From Schmidtea polychroa (lineage: Eukaryota): a stretch of DNA of 64,000 nucleotides. Made by a program: the position numbers and the translations under genes. Positions 60,367 to 64,000 of the stretch are shown here, piece after piece (position 1 is the stretch's first letter; each line of letters opens with the position of its first letter). The stretch is from assembly GCA_044892525.1 (NCBI GenBank), contig CM097885.1, positions 155,124,001 through 155,188,000 on the forward strand, read 5' to 3'. A model generated the notes under the pieces. It was not told the origin of the DNA and did no database searches. It saw only the letters and a list, made by a program, of their open reading frames with translations.

Positions 60367-61764
60367 ATGTCTCTCTATTGGAGATGTGAAAGTTGTAATT
60401 GTCAAGTTACAAGACATCATAAAGCAAGTCATCTAAAAACTAAAAAACATATAGGAGGCGACATGATTCCACGAGCCGGAGGCGACCTACAATCTTCAGA
60501 ACTGACATCTTCAATATTAAAACCTTTTACTACAGAAAAATATCCAGGTGAAAGACATTTATTTAAACACAACTATACCGGACCAGGAACAAGATTAGAT
60601 ATTAGATTAGATGAAAATAATAATCCCAAACAAGGAGAAGAACCAATAAATAGAATCGACCAAGCAGCTTTAAAACATGATATTGCTTACAATTCAGAAG
60701 ATCTTAGAGATAGACATGTTGCAGATGTTAATTTAATACATGATTTAAATAGTATCCAAAATCCATCAACCCAAGAAAAGATTCAAAGAGCTCTAGTTAA
60801 ATTAGCAATGAAAGGTAAGATTTTCATAGGCTTAGGACACAGTCCGATCGCCATGGGTGCAAGACTTCCTAGGAAAGCAAAAGATGTTGCTAATAAAAAG
60901 ATTATTGAACAAGCAGATGCTGAAAGATCCCTCGAGAATATATCCAAGACTAGTTTATTAACCCCAACAGAATCACAAATAAAATATGCCAACGAATTAC
61001 ACCATGAATTTAGAAAAAATAAAAAATATTTAAAAGTTCAAGTACATGAAAAAGATCAAACATGGTCTGCAGATTTAGTCTTTATGCCAACCAAATCATC
61101 AGACCCTGAAAAATATAAAATAATTTTAACTGTAATAGATTTATATACAAGATTTGCCTTTGCAAGGTGTTTAGAAAATAAAACAGGATATTCCATTACA
61201 GAAGCATTTGAAAATATATTTGAAGAACATCAAAGAATTCCAAAATATTTATGGAGTGATAAAGGAACAGAATTTTATAACAAAGTTTTTACAAAGTTTT
61301 TAAATGAAAATGATATTAAATTATATTCAACAGAAAACGAAGGAAAAGCAGTTGTGTTTGAAAGATTAAATAGAACATTAAAAAATAAAATGTGGAAATA
61401 TTTTACTGCTATTGGAAAACAAAAATGAATTGTTACAAAAGATTGTAAATGAATATAATAATGATGTACATAGTTCTATAAAATCAACACCTTTAAATGC
61501 TTCCATAAATCCTGAAACCATTAAAGTGGTAAATATTGAAAATGATGTTATTGAAAAACCAAAGTTTAAAATTGGTGACCGAGTAAGAATATTTAAATAT
61601 AAAAATAAATTTGAAAAAGGATTCACAGCAAAATGGCAAATGAAATTTTTATTATAAATAAAATAAATTATACAACTCCAATAACATATAGCATCATTGA
61701 TTTAAATAATGAAAAAATATTAGGTAGATTTTATAATAATGAGTTACAGAAAACAGATTTCTAA
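60367..61764 (+). pseudogene. C2H2 zinc finger + parvovirus-type phospholipase A2 + rve integrase in one frame; two frameshifts in the integrase 3' part
   Basis: CESCNC..HKASHLKTKKH; NYTGPGT..DQAALKHDIAY; WSADL, VIDLYTRFAF, WSDKGTEF, ERLNRTLK; then YNNDVHSSIK, FKIGDRVRI, FEKGFT, ITYSIIDL..GRFYNNELQKT. Shifts at ~61425 and ~61640. Confidence 0.88.
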
Positions 61765-62567
61765 GTCGACAAACTTTTCCATATTTCAGCTTCTTCTATA
61801 TCCAAATAAATATAATTATATTTTTCTTTCCAATGATTATCAACAAACATATCAAACATATTCTTATCAGGTTCAACATTTGAAAATAAATCATTATAAA
61901 TCATATTCTTATCACGCCTATCTAATTTAAAAAATATAAAACAATTGGAATTATTTCTTATTGAATTTTTATCTAAAGCATAATATGTTTGAGATATATA
62001 AATAACATTACAATTATTATGTCTTCCTCTTGTAAAGTAACTCTTTTGGATCTCTTGATTTTTCATGTTGACAACATCATCAAATATAACTAGATTCTTT
62101 TTATCTTTAGGAAGTAAATCACAATGTAAAACATCTTCAGGTTTATTAGAGAATAAAACTTGAATCGCCTGCCCCTCTTCACAGATGTAATCATTTTTAT
62201 TACTAATATCTGATTCTAAAATCATTTCCTTATACCAATCAACCATATCACAAGGTTGAAAAACTTCTTCAGGACATCTATGTTGATTTTTAAAAATATC
62301 AATTATAGCTTTTTTAGTTAAGTTATTTTCAAATCCACATTTCAAAAGTTGTAATTCTGGTTGATTTATGGTTGTAGAGTAAAAGATTAAATTATTATAA
62401 TCTAAAAAATCATCTTCAAGCAACATTTTCAAAACAAGTACATTCTTTCCACATCCAGAAGAACCAACAAATAATAATCTAAAATTATCAGGAAATACTT
62501 TATTATTAAATTTAGATTTATGTCTATTTAAAATTGGTTTCCAAATTATTGGACTTCGTACATCCAT
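61761..62567 (-). CDS. A32/FtsK-like DNA packaging ATPase
   Basis: Walker A GSSGCGKN (N at the usual S/T position), Walker B LVIFDD, FTRGRHNNCNVIYISQ, IRNNSN; ATG at 62567. Confidence 0.92.
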   Translation of the reverse strand: MDVRSPIIWKPILNRHKSKFNNKVFPDNFRLLFVGSSGCGKNVLVLKMLLEDDFLDYNNLIFYSTTINQPELQLLKCGFENNLTKKAIIDIFKNQHRCPEEVFQPCDMVDWYKEMILESDISNKNDYICEEGQAIQVLFSNKPEDVLHCDLLPKDKKNLVIFDDVVNMKNQEIQKSYFTRGRHNNCNVIYISQTYYALDKNSIRNNSNCFIFFKLDRRDKNMIYNDLFSNVEPDKNMFDMFVDNHWKEKYNYIYLDIEEAEIWKSLST

Positions 62568-62582
62568 TTTATTTATTATAAA

Positions 62583-63206
62583 ATGACCTCGAAGAGTTCC
62601 TCTACTGAAGAATCTTTGCAAGAATTAATAAATTCAAATAAAAATAAATCAGTAGTAATTGATGGTAAAAAATATTTTATTGGAAAACATGTAAAAGAAC
62701 AAGTTAAAGAACGTATAGGGAGTTCCTCCAAATCCGGTGGCATTCTTCCATTAGCTGCTTTAATACCTGCAATCATTGCCGGACTATCAGGTGCTGCTGG
62801 AATAGCTGGAGGAATTGCAACTACAGTTCAAAAAGCTAAAGAATCTCAAAAGACAGACCTAGAAAAAGAAAAACTACAAACTGAAATCGATTCAATGAAG
62901 AAGGTAGGGCAAGCTAAAGGGGGAGTGTCCGTTGGAAAAGGCCTCTATCTTAATCCATATGAGGGGACTCTGTCTGAAGGTCAAAAGTCTCAGGGGACTC
63001 TGTCCAAGGGAAAGGGTCTCTATCTTGATCCTTATAAAGGTAGAGGTTTAAATGATTTTTTAAAAAATCAAATTTCTACATCTGAATCTTTATCTTCAAA
63101 AGATAAAGATGATTTAAAAAAAATATGTAAATCTTTAAAGAATGGATGCCTTTGTAAAACTAGAAATGGTAAAGGTTTATACTTGAAGCCCTTCGAACCC
63201 CATTGA
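62583..63206 (+). CDS. Adenovirus pX (mu)-like core/membrane-active protein with GKGLYL repeats
   Basis: GGILPLAALIPAIIAGLSGAAGIAGGIAT resembles adenovirus pX GGILPLLIPLIAAAIGA..GIA. Confidence 0.7.
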   Translation: MTSKSSSTEESLQELINSNKNKSVVIDGKKYFIGKHVKEQVKERIGSSSKSGGILPLAALIPAIIAGLSGAAGIAGGIATTVQKAKESQKTDLEKEKLQTEIDSMKKVGQAKGGVSVGKGLYLNPYEGTLSEGQKSQGTLSKGKGLYLDPYKGRGLNDFLKNQISTSESLSSKDKDDLKKICKSLKNGCLCKTRNGKGLYLKPFEPH

Positions 63207-63228
63207 TACCATTTTTAATACCATAAAA

Positions 63229-64000
63229 ATGGTATATGAAGAAAGATTAGCACTTTTAAAAAAATTACAATCTGAACAAGATAAATATAATAAAAAAGAT
63301 ACAACTCAACATGCTGAATCTATAATATTAAATGAGGTAATAACACAACAACAGGGGCCAACAATTAAAGCTATAGAGGGACTTAAAACTATAGAAGCTC
63401 CTCTAACCCCTGAACTTAAAGCTATAGAACCTTCTAAAAAGGAATTATCAAGATTAATGGGTTTAAGAAAACGTAGAAATACTATTGATTTAGAAGAAGA
63501 TGAATTTCTTTCAAGATTAACACCTCTTAAGACTCCAGTTAATTTTAAAATTAATACATCACTAGCTAAATCAATTATACCTACTATAGGTTATGATCCT
63601 AGAGGTTTTCAAACAATAACAATTAATAATCAAAAATTTTATATATATTTAAATTCAAAAAATAATCCAGCGATTATTTCAACAAATACTTTTATGAATA
63701 GAGAGCGTGTAGACATTGAACTTTCAGATGGTTTTCATGGATTAATTTCTGGATATATTCCAGATGGTGTCAAGAATGAAGAATTTGATAAATATTTAAA
63801 CTTAATAAAATTAATAAATGGTAGCCCTAAAGCAAAACATATTCAAGATTTAAAGAAATATTTAAATAAAAATGAAAGGGGTTATGTTGTTACAGAGGGT
63901 AAGGGGATGCCTGAGGCTGCAAACCCAATCAATCTTTTTATTGAATTAAGAAAACTATTAGCAGCTAAAAAGCAGGACATAATAATTTAGATTCTGATAT
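63229..64000 (+). CDS. Polinton PZ-like virion protein, probably frameshifted near 63970 and running off the window
   Basis: NPINLFIELRKLLAAKK, with AGHNN in the adjacent frame (cf. DPNEL..RL.LL.A...AGN); GFHGLISG..DKYLNLI block. Confidence 0.6.

Larger units (their letters stand above)
57570..64000. mobile_element. Endogenous Polinton/Maverick (adintovirus-like), continues past window end; left boundary uncertain
   Basis: Compact intronless block of capsid, PLA2, rve integrase, A32/FtsK ATPase, pX-like and PZ-like genes; pPolB and protease not in the window. Confidence 0.9.

Overview
AT-rich eukaryotic genomic scaffold with five N-gaps and no prokaryotic features. Introns of 42-49 nt, a Pax-beta-type paired box and the repeat content point to a spiralian, probably a planarian flatworm (inference). 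(1) 1-19.4 kb is a nested stack of multi-kb elements with TG...CA ends and 4-bp target duplications but no gag/pol. They are best read as giant solo LTRs of two related families. They carry their own cargo: an unknown ~250-aa protein in three copies, an RNF126/115-like ORF with a degenerate RING, and conserved RNA hairpins. hAT and piggyBac elements are inserted into them. (2) 20.1-26.7 kb is a host RhoGAP gene. (3) 28-43 kb holds Ty3/gypsy, piggyBac, Tigger-like, ubiquitin and Maverick-ATPase relics, plus a nearly intact Charlie/SPIN-type hAT. (4) 43.6-55.1 kb is a Pax-beta-like host gene with a decayed hAT in a probable intron. (5) From ~57.3 kb to the window end is an endogenous Polinton/adintovirus: major capsid, ZnF-PLA2-integrase in one frame, A32/FtsK ATPase, adenovirus pX-like and PZ-like genes. 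Upstream of it lie a miniature AGTAGT-ended element and three tRNA-like Pol III units reminiscent of adenovirus VA RNAs. All assignments are by-eye motif recognition; no database searches were run.
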